A stretch of DNA of 64,000 nucleotides, from positions 1,938,494 to 2,002,493 of the forward strand of contig NW_003314268.1 in assembly GCF_000143415.4 (NCBI RefSeq), written 5' to 3'. Below are positions 1-12,217 of this stretch, piece after piece. The notes beneath the pieces were generated by a model. That model had not been told where the DNA came from. It saw only the letters and a program-made list of their open reading frames with translations, and made no database searches. A program made the translations under genes and the position numbers. How positions within the stretch are numbered: the stretch's first letter is position 1; every line of letters starts with the position of its first letter. This DNA is from Selaginella moellendorffii (Eukaryota; Plantae; Lycopodiophyta).

Positions 1-489
1 GCGAAGTTTGCATACGTGGGAACATGGTGTTCAAGGGGATACTTGAACAATCCAGACTCTGGGGACTTGGCAGTTTGGCATCCCAATGGATACATCAAGA
101 TCAAGGATCGAGCCAAGGATATTATCATTTCTGGAGGGGAGAACATTAGCAGCCTGGAAGTGGAGAGCATCTTGTACAGGTAAAAGGAGAGTTTTTCCTT
201 CTTTGTTTCTTGTTAAAGTTTGCTTCTTTTTCATCCAGGCATCCAGCAGTGTTGGAAGCTGCTGTGGTGGCGCAGCCAGATGAGCAGTGGTCCATGTGCG
301 TTTGTGTCCCTCAAGCACGGCGTGAGAAGCAACAAGGAGGAGATACTCTTGTTGTATCGACAGCATTTACCGAAGTTCATGGTGCCAAAGAGCATCGTCA
401 TTCTCACAGCCTTGGACAAAACTGCGACTGGCAAGATCCAAAAACAGGTGCTGTGCAGCAAAGCAAGAGCTCTTGGCAGTGTCAAGTAA
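1..489 (+). pseudogene. Acyl-activating enzyme (AMP-binding) C-terminal fragment, frameshifted
   Basis: Reads [41 protein letters not shown] | intron 180-238 | HPAVLEAAVVAQPDEQW. A frameshift near 290 leads to PCAFV...KTATGKIQK. Confidence 0.8.
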
Positions 490-559
490 ATCAGCAAGCT
501 CTACAAGCCAACTATTGAACTTGTAAAGCTTGAAATCGTTCATGGCCTGGAAAATCCCC

Positions 560-889
560 AATCTAGCCTGGCAATTTTAAATCGGTCAGCTACTGTCCGT
601 CCGTTGTAATGTACTGGAATGAAAAATAAATAAGTAACATGCAAGAACCAAGAACGCAATTCATCTACCTCAAACAGTAGCTTTGTCTTATCAGCTGTCA
701 CTCTTGCATATCCAAATGCCGACCTTCGAATCAAGCTCCATGAACTAAACTGTCGACAAAAAAAATAGAACAGGTAGAATATCAATACCATATAAAGAGC
801 TTGAATATAGGAAACAAAGCTGCAAGCTTACATTATGAGGGAAGTCATCCAAGGTGAATTCAGCCATGCCAACCACGGTGTGAACTGGA
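560..889 (-). pseudogene. Purple acid phosphatase (nucleotide pyrophosphatase/phosphodiesterase type), last exons, decayed
   Basis: Exons read PVHTVVGMAEFTLDDFPHN | FSSWSLIRRSAFGYARVTADKTKLLFE | a frameshifted final exon ...VADRFKIAR. This matches the recalled C-terminus of plant NPP/PPD-type PAPs. The 5' side runs into an N gap. Confidence 0.65.
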
Positions 890-1449
890 NNNNNNNNNNN
901 NNNNNNNNNNNNNNNNNNNNNNNNNNNNNNNNNNNNNNNNNNNNNNNNNNNNNNNNNNNNNNNNNNNNNNNNNNNNNNNNNNNNNNNNNNNNNNNNNNNN
1001 NNNNNNNNNNNNNNNNNNNNNNNNNNNNNNNNNNNNNNNNNNNNNNNNNNNNNNNNNNNNNNNNNNNNNNNNNNNNNNNNNNNNNNNNNNNNNNNNNNNN
1101 NNNNNNNNNNNNNNNNNNNNNNNNNNNNNNNNNNNNNNNNNNNNNNNNNNNNNNNNNNNNNNNNNNNNNNNNNNNNNNNNNNNNNNNNNNNNNNNNNNNN
1201 NNNNNNNNNNNNNNNNNNNNNNNNNNNNNNNNNNNNNNNNNNNNNNNNNNNNNNNNNNNNNNNNNNNNNNNNNNNNNNNNNNNNNNNNNNNNNNNNNNNN
1301 NNNNNNNNNNNNNNNNNNNNNNNNNNNNNNNNNNNNNNNNNNNNNNNNNNNNNNNNNNNNNNNNNNNNNNNNNNNNNNNNNNNNNNNNNNNNNNNNNNNN
1401 NNNNNNNNNNNNNNNNNNNNNNNNNNNNNNNNNNNNNNNNNNNNNNNNN

Positions 1450-1660
1450 CATGGAGCCGTGGAGCTGTGGCTGTCCCGAGGAGAAGTACAGGGACGAAAA
1501 TTTCTTTGTTCTCTCTTGGTTACAGCCTCGAGCACCTGGCACAAACAGGAACTTTAAGCCTCGAAAGAGAATAGCAAAAAGCAAGAGAGTGAAAAACCTT
1601 GATTCTAGTCGTGGTTCCAGCCTCAAGAACCTGGAACAAATAGGGGCTTGAGAGTCTCGA
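1450..1660 (-). pseudogene. Kelch-repeat gene fragment (paralogous to 31550-31760)
   Basis: Contains the SPRDSHSSTA motif. The nucleotide sequence aligns by eye with 31550-31760 (ccgtggagctgtggctgtcc; gaaaaccttgattctagtc...ggttccagcctc...aacctggaacaaa). Confidence 0.65.
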
Positions 1661-1796
1661 AAAAAGACTGTCATTTTTCCGGCGCATGGCCATTGACAAC
1701 GGTTTCCTGAGCTTTTCAATCGGTAGCAGCTTCAGATCTTCACGTACAGCTGACTGTAGCTCTGAGGTGCTCTGCAATGAAGACCGCATCAAACTC

Positions 1797-1810
1797 ACAC
1801 ACACACAGAG

Positions 1811-1846
<36 letters not shown>
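1797..1846. repeat. (CA)n/(GA)n compound microsatellite
   Basis: Seen directly. Confidence 0.9.
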
Positions 1847-1849
<3 letters not shown>

Positions 1850-1889
1850 CTTCCCACAAGCGATGATCAACGCTCTCTCCTCGTGCTCA

Positions 1890-2043
1890 CGTGCCCTAAA
1901 AGACAATTAAAAGTTTTTATGATCCCAAAAGTCACGACTCCCCATTGTTTAATCTCAGCCGTTAGATTTTGGCATATGCCCAGAATAAGTGACGCCAGCA
2001 TATGCTATTATTATACCGGCTCTTTCGTTTAAATATATGAGTA
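1890..2043 (-). mobile_element. Helitron 5'-terminal module (type A)
   Basis: The minus strand reads TACTCATATATTTAAACGAAAGAGCCGG... It is about 85% similar by eye to 5430-5525 and related to 14150-14355, which begins a|TC. Confidence 0.6.
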
Positions 2044-2560
2044 CTAGCAGAGACCCCAGCTCCGCTGGGAGATATAACATACCCAAGATAAATAGATCTT
2101 CTTTTCTAATTTTAGAATGTTAGAAATTTTTTATTGTATACAGTGTTGAGATAAACATCTCTAGAGTAATACTTTGCTCTAATAATGCAATTAGATAATA
2201 ATGCATGTGTTAAGGAAGATAAAATCATTTATTTATCATCATGAAATTTAAATTTGAGTTTTTTTTATTGCCTTTTCAAAAAGGTGCACAACCCTAAACA
2301 CATCCACAAGATTGCTGCCAACCTTTAAAAAAAATTGATTTTTCACAAAATCAAAGAATTATACCAAAGAATAATAGGTTTTATAACTGGTTTGGTGAAG
2401 TTATAAATTTAATTGTGTACTGCATTAGCATCTTTATTATCTGAATTGTAATGATGCCATTAACATTCATAGTTTACTAAAGAATAATAGAATTTCTGTT
2501 GTGTATCTCATTTTGCATTTAAAAACATACATAAGCAAATTTATCCAGATTGCTACCACA
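2044..2560 (-). mobile_element. Helitron 3' terminus and ~500 bp subterminal region
   Basis: Hairpin CCCAGC-tcc-GCTGGG (2055-2069), followed on the minus strand by gtctctg-CTAG (2044-2047) and then T. The subterminal region recurs at 6630-7120 and 7825-8320. Confidence 0.85.
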
Positions 2561-2580
2561 TCAATATTAAACCTCATAAA

Positions 2581-3070
2581 CCAGCAATAGAGAATAGTTC
2601 TAGACAGATTGAAAAATTATAAATTGACCAAATCTAAGAAATGTGGAATAGTTCCTTGCAACATAAGAGATAGTAAGATAATGTAATATCTCTAAAAATG
2701 TTTTACTTATGCAATACTCTAAAAGTAATATTCAAAATATAGTTATATGGTGAGTGAGACCACCAAATTCTTTATACATTTTATATACATGAAAGAAAAA
2801 CTGTCCTTTATTAGCTATTACTTATGCCAAAAGTTTTGTTTTATTTGGGTATTTATGAAGGATCTAAAATGCTGCTGGTGCTTCTTTTTTACCCTTTTCC
2901 TAGTGTATTGACAGGTTGTTATTCTTATATAATAGATAAATAATCTTAAAGGTTAATTTTGCCAATGTAGAAATAATACTGCACAATGACAAATCCTGAA
3001 AGATGAGGAAAGATAAAGTAAAATATCAAAGTTCTAGTTTACCATCCACCTGGAGATATAAAAAATATTT
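2581..3070 (+). repeat. Helitron-internal AT-rich block duplicated at ~31900-32375
   Basis: gcaatagagaatagttctagac...ctggagatataaa is present in both places with about 90% identity by eye. Confidence 0.8.
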
Positions 3071-3339
3071 TAAGAAAATCTCACATAAAAGAAACTTTCT
3101 AGATCTTATTAAACTAATATTCTCTTTCATCTCCTTTTTTTAATATCATGAAATACTTAGATTTTAGAAATCATAAAAATAGAAATTATAAAAGTTAGTT
3201 CTAACATATTACAATAAATATATATAATATAAAAATATCTAAAGATATATCATAAATAAAATATTATAATTTTTCAACATATAATCTAAATATAAAATCT
3301 ATTTCAGAAAGAAAATTAGAAAAAACTCATAAACAGCCT

Positions 3340-3452
3340 GCATTTAACCTTATAAACAATAAAAATGTCTAACATTGTAAAATTCGAAAAGCAGATCTAT
3401 TTATCTTGGGTATGTTATATCTCCTAGTGGAGCTAGGGTTCTACTATAATAG
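3340..3452 (+). mobile_element. Helitron 3' terminus with disrupted CTAG (CTATAATAG)
   Basis: Reverse-complement copy of 2048-2150. Hairpin CCTAGT-gga-GCTAGG at 3423-3437 and CTATAATAG at 3444-3452. Confidence 0.75.
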
Positions 3453-5142
3453 TACTACACGATAGGAATAAAGTGGGTAGATACAGAACAAAAACAAGTG
3501 CCCACACCTAGACATATTCCATAGCAAGGGAAAAAGCTATTTTGATTCACTAAGATCAAGATACAGTTTAGTATAGTACTTTTTTCTATTATAAGTACAG
3601 AATTTTTGAAACTCTTACAGATTTGAAAACTTATGGCCTCTGTTGTGGCAAGAAACTGTGCTGTTGGGATCCAAGGCAGTCTGCCTATAAACACCAGATA
3701 AAGTAATAATAGCACAAATTATAAATACTAACCTGTAGCCAGCAATGAAGTAATGGACGACAATGAAGATTTGAAATTGGCAAGCTCATTGGACCCATAT
3801 CTCATTACCCATTGTACATTTAGCATTGACCATTGAGCATCATAGACCAAAAGAAGAAAGACAAGAAGAAAAAGAAGGGCAAGAACATCATGAAGAAGAA
3901 GAAAAAGCAAAAGCTTAACAAACAGAACAAAGTGAAAGCTTGGAAATGGAATAGAAAATGTGGCCTACAGACATATATTCTTTCAGAACCTTTCTTAGTT
4001 GGTTGAATTTTCCTATTTCTTGTGCATAGCTTGAACTTCGTCAAATTATGAGCACTAGCTTCCCTGTATTTGGACCATGTCAATGGATTTCTTAAGGATG
4101 GAAACGCTCATCAGAGGCAGCAGACACAGTTTATGGCCTATTTCATCACGGAATGATTCTCATCTTCGGATCATCAATCACTGCCAAGAAAATTCAAGGA
4201 GGAAGAAGACATGCCAAGCTGCACTACCCAAGGATGGGGAAGTTGGAGAGGGAACATTTTGGTTTTGCTTCTACTGTCTCTGAGCTTGGGTGTTTTGGCT
4301 CATGATGAGAGTGGAAGACACAAGAATGGCTACCACAGTTACTTGAGATCCTGTACTCAAGCCAAGAGGATCATCAGGGACACCCTGAGCAAGCACACCG
4401 ATTGGGACAGGACGATACCAGCAGGAGTTCTTCACTTGCACTTCCATGACTGTTTAGTTGACAGGAGTAGCTTTGCAAAATTTTAATTCTGGTATGCTAA
4501 CTTTACTGTTCTTCAGGGCTGTGATGGATCGGTCGTTCTTAGCTCACCTCCCACTGATGGAAGCAAAGTGTAAAAATTGTCCCTTCCAAGCTTCATGTCC
4601 ACCAAGAGCTTCATTTTTTTAATCCCCACTCTAGCCATAGCTGCCAGAGATTCAACCAGTCATGGTANNNNNNNNNNNNNNNNNNNNNNNNNNNNNNNNN
4701 NNNNNNNNNNNNNNNNNNNNNNNNNNNNNNNNNNNNNNNNNNNNNNNNNNNNNNNNNNNNNNNNNNNNNNNNNNNNNNNNNNNNNNNNNNNNNNNNNNNN
4801 NCTCATTAAAAACACTGGATATTTCAATTGGCTCCAAAACTGTAAAACAGTTGTAAATCACAAAATTTGTGAACCAGCCAGTTCTCGCCTCTATAGGATG
4901 ATCCTTTTGACAGCAGAATAGTACGCAATGGCCAACTCAATCCAGGGCACTGGAATTTGAAGACATTGCAGCCAATTCTTGGAGATCTTCCCCATCTACA
5001 AGAACAAACAATGGAGGCTGAAGTGGAATCCAGTGAAGTTTACCTTCCATGTACCAACTTATAGCATGGCAGGAGAGTCCCGCAGCCAAGTCGTGGTGCT
5101 TCATCATGAGATTGAGCAGTGGCCGCTCCATCACCTGCTCTT
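3453..5142 (+). repeat. ~1.5 kb peroxidase-carrying module, copy 1 (other copies at 12218-13945 and 38156-39615)
   Basis: Three collinear copies, each starting immediately after a hairpin+CTATAATAG terminus. Confidence 0.85.
4234..4667 (+). pseudogene. Class III peroxidase 5' fragment
   Basis: Signal-peptide-like WRGNILVLLLLSL, then ..SCTQAKRII..PAGVLHLHFHDC / GCDGSV / LAIAARDS. The first intron donor is lost and there is an internal deletion. Confidence 0.85.
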
Positions 5143-5369
5143 GGCTGGAGGTGCTAAGAAAAGAAGCATTCATATTTCCAGATTTACCTACCAATCCGTG
5201 GAAGGCAGAGAAAAATATAAATTGAGAAACAAAAACAGAAAATGCCAATCCGCGAAGAATTGGGCATCGAATTCTAACCTCCAGTGGAAAATATAAGTAG
5301 TCTGCATGAACAGAATCCAGGAGAGAGTACATCTGCCCACTGCCTCTCCCGTCGCTGAACGCATTCTTT

Positions 5370-5620
5370 CCAGCCCTAAAAAGCCACATAAAATTTTTCT
5401 CTGATTTAAGACGACATGACCTTCGACAATTAGATCTTGGCCGTTAGATCTCAGCATATACCCAGAATAAGTGTCCCCAGTATATGCTATTATTATACCG
5501 GCTCTTTTGTTTAAATATATGAGTACTAGCAGAGACCCCAGCTCCGCTGGGAGATATAGCATACCCAAGATCTTCTTTTCTAATTCTACAATGTTAAAAA
5601 TTTTGATTATATACAAGTTC
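5370..5620 (-). mobile_element. Helitron 3' terminus (CTAG 5526-5529, hairpin 5537-5551) abutting a type A 5' module
   Basis: Near-identical junction to 1950-2130: gtttaaatatatgagtactagcagagaccccagctccgctgggagatat. Confidence 0.85.
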
Positions 5621-6606
5621 AAATGATATTATATCAATTGTTATAAGATATAATTTCTTTCTCTTGATATCAATTGTTTAAATGCAAAAGACTGGCATTC
5701 TGGCCATGCACAGCTCTACATGACTCAATGCCATACAACTCCAAACCATTGGGATGCCTTTGAAGGAAGACATCACTCGAGCTCTTCAGTCAACTTTGCT
5801 CCTGGTTTCAGCAAGACACAGGTGGCCTTGCATCCACAAACAATGAGCTCCTCCTGTACAAGTGCCTCTTTATGGGGCAAAACCGTCACAAAAAATGAAT
5901 AAAAGCATTTCAACCCTTTTACCATGTGTTTTAATCTAGGCAGTCATTTGAAAGTGATCAAATAGTAACTGCCCAAGTCCTCCATGTGAGAATGGAATTG
6001 AGAGATAACATATAATAAGTAAAGAAAAGATTCTTAATCAGCAAATCAGCAAACATGACAACAGATGATGTACCTGCTGACAAATCTTGCAGATGGTGTC
6101 CTCTTTTTTGTTGCACCAGTGCTACACATGCGTTTGATGAGCATACTACCAAACACAAAAGAGAGAAAAAAAATGAGGAAGAGCCAGAAAATTGCTTAGA
6201 ACTCTCAGACCACATATTATAGAAAATTATAAGATTATTAAGATCTAGAAAATTTCAGTTCAATCATAAAATTAAAATTAAATTATTAAACACAGCAACT
6301 ATCTAAAGGAGAACATGATTATCAACAAACATAGATTATAAGACATATTAATATATTTTATAAACATAGATCTAGCACTTAAATAATAATATTGTTATAT
6401 TTTTTTATGGTACTATAATTAATAGAGTGTAATAACATTATCACTGCTAGATTATATATATTAATCTATATATGTGGTCTTAGAACTCTCAGACTAAGTA
6501 TTTCAGTCTTCAAGATTAGCATTTTCTACAACATCCATCTTACATTATGTAAATATCATATAATAGTGTATTACAGAGTTCAGTAGTTATAACAGAATCC
6601 ATAATC

Positions 6607-7120
6607 TTAGCAGAGACCCCAGCTCCACTGGGAGATATAACATACCCAAGATAATTAATTCTTCTTTTCTAATTTTACAATATTAGAAAATTTTATTATA
6701 TATAAAGTTAAATTTATCTAAAATTTCCTAGTATTCATCTCCAAAGAAATGTACAATAATGTAAATAAATAATAATGCATGTTGGGGAAGTAAAATCATT
6801 TTTTATTGTCATTAAATTTGAATTTGATATTTTTATTGTCTTTATTTAAAAATGCACAACCCTAAATACATCTACAGGATTGCTGTCATGCTTTAAAAGC
6901 AATTAAATTTTCACAAAACCAAAGAATCATAGACTACCAAAAAATAATAGATTAGTTTAGAGAAATTATAATTTTAATTGCATACTGAGTTAAATTCCTT
7001 TTATGTGAACTATAATGATGCCTCTAACATTCACACTTTACTAAATAAAAATAGAATTTCTATTATATGTCTGGTTTAACATTTTAAAACATACATAAAT
7101 AAATCTATCTAGCTTGCTAC
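6607..7120 (-). mobile_element. Helitron 3' terminus (CTAA variant) plus subterminal region
   Basis: ttagcagagaccccagctccactggga at 6607-6633. The following sequence matches 2070-2560. Confidence 0.75.
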
Positions 7121-7409
7121 CACGTTTTGTTTTATTTGAGAAAACTCTGGAATTTCAACATTTTGGGAGGTCATCCTACTCTAACCCTAAGATATTAAAC
7201 CCCCGAGTATCCTAATACCCTTAACCAATTGGAATAAAATGTGCACTTTTATTTAAAAATCCTTTCCCTTTATATTTAATTTTATATATATCATCTTTCA
7301 AATTATTCTTTTTTGTTGCATATAATCCACCATACTTCTTTTGTAAGTTTACACCCTCATGAATGAAAGCTTATAACCATCACTCTCCTAAGACCCGTGC
7401 TCTCTTGCC

Positions 7410-7480
7410 ATAGCAAGGATCCCAGCTCTGCTGGGAATGTATCTTGGTTGGCAAACTTACTATTTTAAATGCATACAAGG
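7410..7480 (-). mobile_element. Degenerate Helitron 3' terminus
   Basis: Hairpin TCCCAGC-tct-GCTGGGA at 7420-7436. The terminus reads CTAT on the minus strand. Confidence 0.6.
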
Positions 7481-7823
7481 TTAATTTGTCAAGAATTTAC
7501 TACCATCTATATTCATTGTATCGTGCATTTGTTATATCATTATGATTTATTAGTTGGTGGAACTGAAGATGGTTTGGAATATTTATCATCTGGATGTCAA
7601 GCCATAAGAGATAGCAATGAGTAGTTTATATTTAAAATTCTCTTTGTTGAGTGAAGTCTTCTATTCTAGTCTTGTACTGTATTTTCTATTGTATCTACTA
7701 TATACCATCTTTGCACAACAAAATTATGTTTAATTTTAATAATATAGTATTGAATCAATAAAATACTCTTTGTTCTGTAAAGGTTTTGTTCTATAGAACA
7801 ATGAGTATGCTGAAATATTTTCA

Positions 7824-8320
7824 GGGAGATATATCATACCCAAGATAAATAGATCTTCATTTTTAATTGTTCAATGTTAAAATTTTTGATTGTATGCAAG
7901 GTTAAATTTATCTTAATTTTGCAACTATTCATCTCCAGAGAAATGGAAAATAATGCAATTAGATAATGATGCAAATGTTTGGGAAGATAAGATCATATTT
8001 TAATCATCACTAAATTCGAAATTGAATTCTTCTATTGCCTTTATAAAAAAGTACAAAAACCTTAACACATTTACAAGATTGCTGCCATGATTTAAAATAA
8101 ATTAAATGCTCATTAAAAAAAATGTATACTAACAAAACATAATAGGTTAATTTTGGGAAATTATAATTTTGATTGCATATTGAGCTAAAGTGTTTTTATC
8201 TGAACTGTAATAATACCTTTAACATTAATTTTTACTTAACTGTAATATTGCCTCTAAATTGCATAGTTTACTAAAGAATAATAAAATTTCTATTATATAT
8301 TTGTTTTTACATTTAAAAAT
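7824..8320 (-). mobile_element. Helitron 3' subterminal region, truncated (hairpin deleted)
   Basis: gggagatatatcatacccaagataaatagatc... matches 2067-2530 but lacks the hairpin and CTAG. Confidence 0.65.
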
Positions 8321-10242
8321 ATACTTAAAGTAGATATAATGTTCATCTTAACAAAAAACTGTAATAATGCTTTATGATAAAGCTATGGACTCCAATAAAA
8401 AATAAATTACTATTAACTTATTCAACACTACTCACTAATAAGCAATTATATAAAGGTGAACATGATCACATATTAATATAGCTTATAAAATTATTATTGT
8501 TTTAAACATAAACATGGATCTAACACATTACTATGAAAATATTAATATTCATATGTATTATGTATTATATAAGAAAAATTTAGGAATTCACTATTTCAAT
8601 TTATATTTCTAATTTAGAGAAAAATATTGTAGTATTAAGTTTGCCATTTGTGAGTAAAGTGCTACCATTGCTTTTTATTCTTTACTTTATTTTATTAAAA
8701 CATAAATTTTTTATCCTTGAATTTTAAACAACTTAAAAAAATTATATAATTAGATATCATACTAATATATAATAAAACTTTAATAACATTTATTCTATGA
8801 TTGAAATAATATAAAATGTATTATTGTTTTATAACACAAATGTAGCATCTACTTATCAAAACATTTATAAAAATAATATTTACTCCTATAATTTATATTA
8901 ATTTTAAAATGAATGTTGTAGAAAACTCTACTNNNNNNNNNNNNNNNNNNNNNNNNNNNNNNNNNNNNNNNNNNNNNNNNNNNNNNNNNNNNNNNNNNNN
9001 NNNNNNNNNNNNNNNNNNNNNNNNNNNNNNNNNNNNNNNNNNNNNNNNNNNNNNNNNNNNNNNNNNNNNNNNNNNNNNGTTTCTAATATAATTACTAATT
9101 TATATTTCATAACAATAACACTCTTTTATTTTATTACTTGCTTCAAATACTCCACTATCTGGTTTTAAACTAAAATATATATAGTCTAAATATTTTTTTT
9201 ATTAACATTCAAATCCACCTTTCAGTTTTTTTTTAATATATTTGTCATCTTGTAAAACCCATCTATAACACTTAATTTTTTTTGCCACTATTTACATCTC
9301 TTGGAGTTAAAAAATAAAAATTCTAAATAACACACCTTGTTCAAAAGTCCTAAATACAAACTTTTAGGAGTATCATATAATTTCATTTGAGAAAAATATT
9401 TTTATATATATATTTGAAGAAGGTGGGAATATATTTATATTATAAGTGGACTTAGCATATATAACAAAAGCATGTAATTGTTTTTATAGATATTGAAGTA
9501 AAATATAAGATTAAAATAAATAATTAGATTATAATAGTTTGGAAATAAAAATAAAATTATTATGATGAAAAAGTTTGAAGGATTTCCTTCATAATGGGTT
9601 TAGTTTGTTTATGTTTTGTAAAGAAGCTGTATTTGATTTTTTCTAGGATTGAATTGTTGTTAATGAAAGTATACCACTATTGATTACAATTAGTTACACA
9701 ATACTACCAGTAAATCAATCTAGTAGGAAATGTTAGCAATGAACATAAAAAATAACATTATTATATTCATAATAAGATTTAATTTTTTAAATATTGTTTA
9801 AAAAATTTATTTTATCCACTCTACTTCATCATTCTCTTGTATTTTAAATTAGATTTTTCAAACCTAGATTTTATTGTACATAAAACTAAAAATTATATAA
9901 TTAGATCTAAAATAATACTATATACATGAATAATTAAAATATATTTTATATTGCAAGAACCACTGCTTCTGTCTAACTGTAAGAAATTTTTGTATTTATT
10001 AAATACTATATAATACCATTATCTACATAAAATATAAAAACTTTTTTTAAATAAAATTATTAAAAAAGAAACATATTTTCAGCTGGGATTTATATCAGTT
10101 GTAAGATCGATGTTGTAGAAAATGCTAATCTTTAAGACTAAAATTGGTTTAGAAAATTATTCATACTAAAATATAATGATATTTAATTATATCTTCCTTC
10201 GATTGGAGCTTCACTTTCTTCAACTTCTTTGATTCCTCTTAG

Positions 10243-11175
10243 AGGTGGTTATGGAGCTGGGAGGCAATGCTCCATGCTTAGTGGAAGTTCTCATTCCAGA
10301 CTTGGAAGGTACAATCGCTAGGTTGGTCCATGAGGGATTCTATCAGAGTGGCCAGTTGTGCATTCACATGCAGCGTCTTTAGGTGAAAGGTGAGGTATTC
10401 GACACTTGTCTTTAAATTCTATTATATTCTTTGTTCACAAATCGAGCTTTGATCTAACGTATTTGGTGCTGGTTGTGTAGGTGAACGATGCATTGATCGC
10501 TGCTGTTAAGAAACTCAAAGGTGGAGATCACCAAGATGACACGTCAATTGGGCCCATGATATCCGAGTCATCAGCAGCTATAGTGGAGAAGAGCGTGAAC
10601 GAGGCAGTGAAGGCAGGCACCAAACTTCTAGTTGGTGGTAAGCAAAGGGAGCTTTCATGGAGCCAATGATCCTGGAAGATGCTCCCTTTGACACGGACAG
10701 AAGGAAGGAAGAGATTTTCGGTCCTGTGATCCTTCTCTACTCATACAAGTCAGCTCTCAAAGTTTCTTAGCCACTGAAGTTCTTCTTTAGTTCCTTTGTT
10801 TTTCTCTAAACTTAAACGGTGGTGACGCAGTGATTTCAAGGAAGCCGTGATGGAAGCTAACAACACGCATCACAGTCTCCAAGCCGGCGTCTTTACGTGT
10901 GATCTAAACAAGGCCTTCTATGCATTTCAGCATATAGAGGTAGCTTTGCATTTGAGATATAGAAAGTATTGATCAACTGTTTGATAATTATTTGATCCTC
11001 ACAGGCTGGAGGAGTTTGCCTCAACGATTCGCCAAGCATGTGCGTTGATAGCCAGCCATATGGTGGGATCAAAGACTCTGGAATCCAACGAGAGGGTGTC
11101 AAGTACGCGATGGACAACATGCTCGAAACCAAAGTTTTAGTCATGTGCAATGTAGGCAACGCGTCTTACTTTTGA
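10243..11175 (+). pseudogene. ALDH21-family aldehyde dehydrogenase, 3' half, decayed
   Basis: Reads VVMELGGNAPC..FYQSGQLCIHMQRL*..GPMISES..EEIFGPV..EANNTH..DLNKAFYAF..VDSQPYGGIKDSGIQREGVKYAMDNMLETKVLVM. It retains three short introns, has an in-frame stop near 10380 and frameshifts, and lacks the 5' half. Confidence 0.85.
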
Positions 11176-11285
11176 TCAAGCTCGAGCTCGAGCTTTCGAG
11201 AAGAGTAAATACAGTCTATCCACAAATCATTGCCGAGTTGTCCTCGTTTGCTCGCTCACTCTCTAGCACCATCAACCTTTTACCT

Positions 11286-11866
11286 TTAGGATGGAGAATG
11301 CTTGTCTATAAACTCCTGGGAGAAGGTCCATAGCTTGTGAGCGAGCTCGGGATCTCTGCCATAAGCGCTACAGTTGGATTTGTTGGAATCCACGAAGTAT
11401 TGACCAGTGACGTCCTTGAGGCTTGGATGTAAAGCCACGTATCACGTTGTAGCAGCGCCCTGAGAGATCGATCACATATTAGTCACAAAAAACTTCCAGA
11501 TTATTGGGAGAATTCTTCTTACCTATGGCACATTTTTCCAAAGGAAGCTGGAGAAGAACTTGAGAACCCCTGCATGAAGATCAAAGTTCCATAAGTAACC
11601 AAAAACAATGACAAGGCAAAGAGACAAACTCATTATGTAGAATGTGTACCGCATCAAAGGTGTCATTATAAACCCTGGATGAACAGCGTTGGCTGTGATG
11701 TCAACTCCTTCGGCTTAATCAGTGAAAGAGAAAGCATTGACGAAAGAGAAAGGCGGGAGAGATTTCAAAGCATTAGACGAATACCTTGAATCTCATTGCC
11801 AGTTCTTTGGCGTGGAAGATGTTTGCGAGCTTGGATTGACTGTATGCTCTAGTGTTGGAGTACCTT
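11286..11866 (-). pseudogene. Tic32-like short-chain dehydrogenase/reductase, 3' half
   Basis: Reads RAYSQSKLANIFHAKELA (YxxxK motif) | GVDITANAVHPGFI | GAATT*YVALHP..GQYFVDSN..LWTFSQE, with premature stops. Confidence 0.85.
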
Positions 11867-11924
11867 TTGGAAGAAAAAAGGAAGAATGTAAGCTCACGAG
11901 AAAAGAGAACTGTTTGGTGTACTA

Positions 11925-12086
11925 ATGACGAGATTCCCAGGTGCCTTGACAGTTTCACCACCTGCTTGAGCAGCCATTGACAAGCTGTCCTTTCCACCTT
12001 CTATTGCGACCTCAAGCTCGATCATAGTGTCGCGAAGAGCAACAGCAGCATTGTACATATGTGCTCCTTCGGAATCAAGCTCAACC
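11925..12086 (-). pseudogene. Phosphoribosylformylglycinamidine synthase (PurL/PUR4) internal fragment
   Basis: LDSEGAHMYNAAVAL..MIELEVAIEGGKDSLSMAAQAGGETVKAPGNLVIS contains the conserved GKDSLSM motif. Confidence 0.85.
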
Positions 12087-12186
12087 TGCAAAGTCAAACA
12101 TATCATAAGGTGAAATATCCTTGACAAAAAAAAAAGTTCTGGCTGAGCTGCAGGATGCTCATCAATGCTCTGGTATCAATTTATAT

Positions 12187-12217
12187 TCCAGCAGAGCTGG
12201 AGTCTCTGCTATAATAG
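12187..12217 (+). mobile_element. Helitron 3' terminus with CTATAATAG
   Basis: Hairpin TCCAGC-aga-GCTGGA (12187-12201), then gtctctg and CTATAATAG (12209-12217). Confidence 0.75.

Noticed and set aside
745-1719. Long ORFs spanning N runs (also at 4577-4921, 8909-9110, 22333-23209, 39725-40718)
   Set aside because: They are artefacts of translating assembly gaps and (TA)n microsatellites.
2044-3452. MULE/MITE interpretation of the 100-bp inverted repeats
   Set aside because: No TSD was seen, and the same end occurs singly many times with hairpin+CTRR, which is Helitron-like.
3820-3960. Lys-rich or Phe-rich ORFs (also 12600-12700, 38536-38847)
   Set aside because: A low-complexity (AAG)n purine tract inside the repeated module, not conserved in frame between copies.
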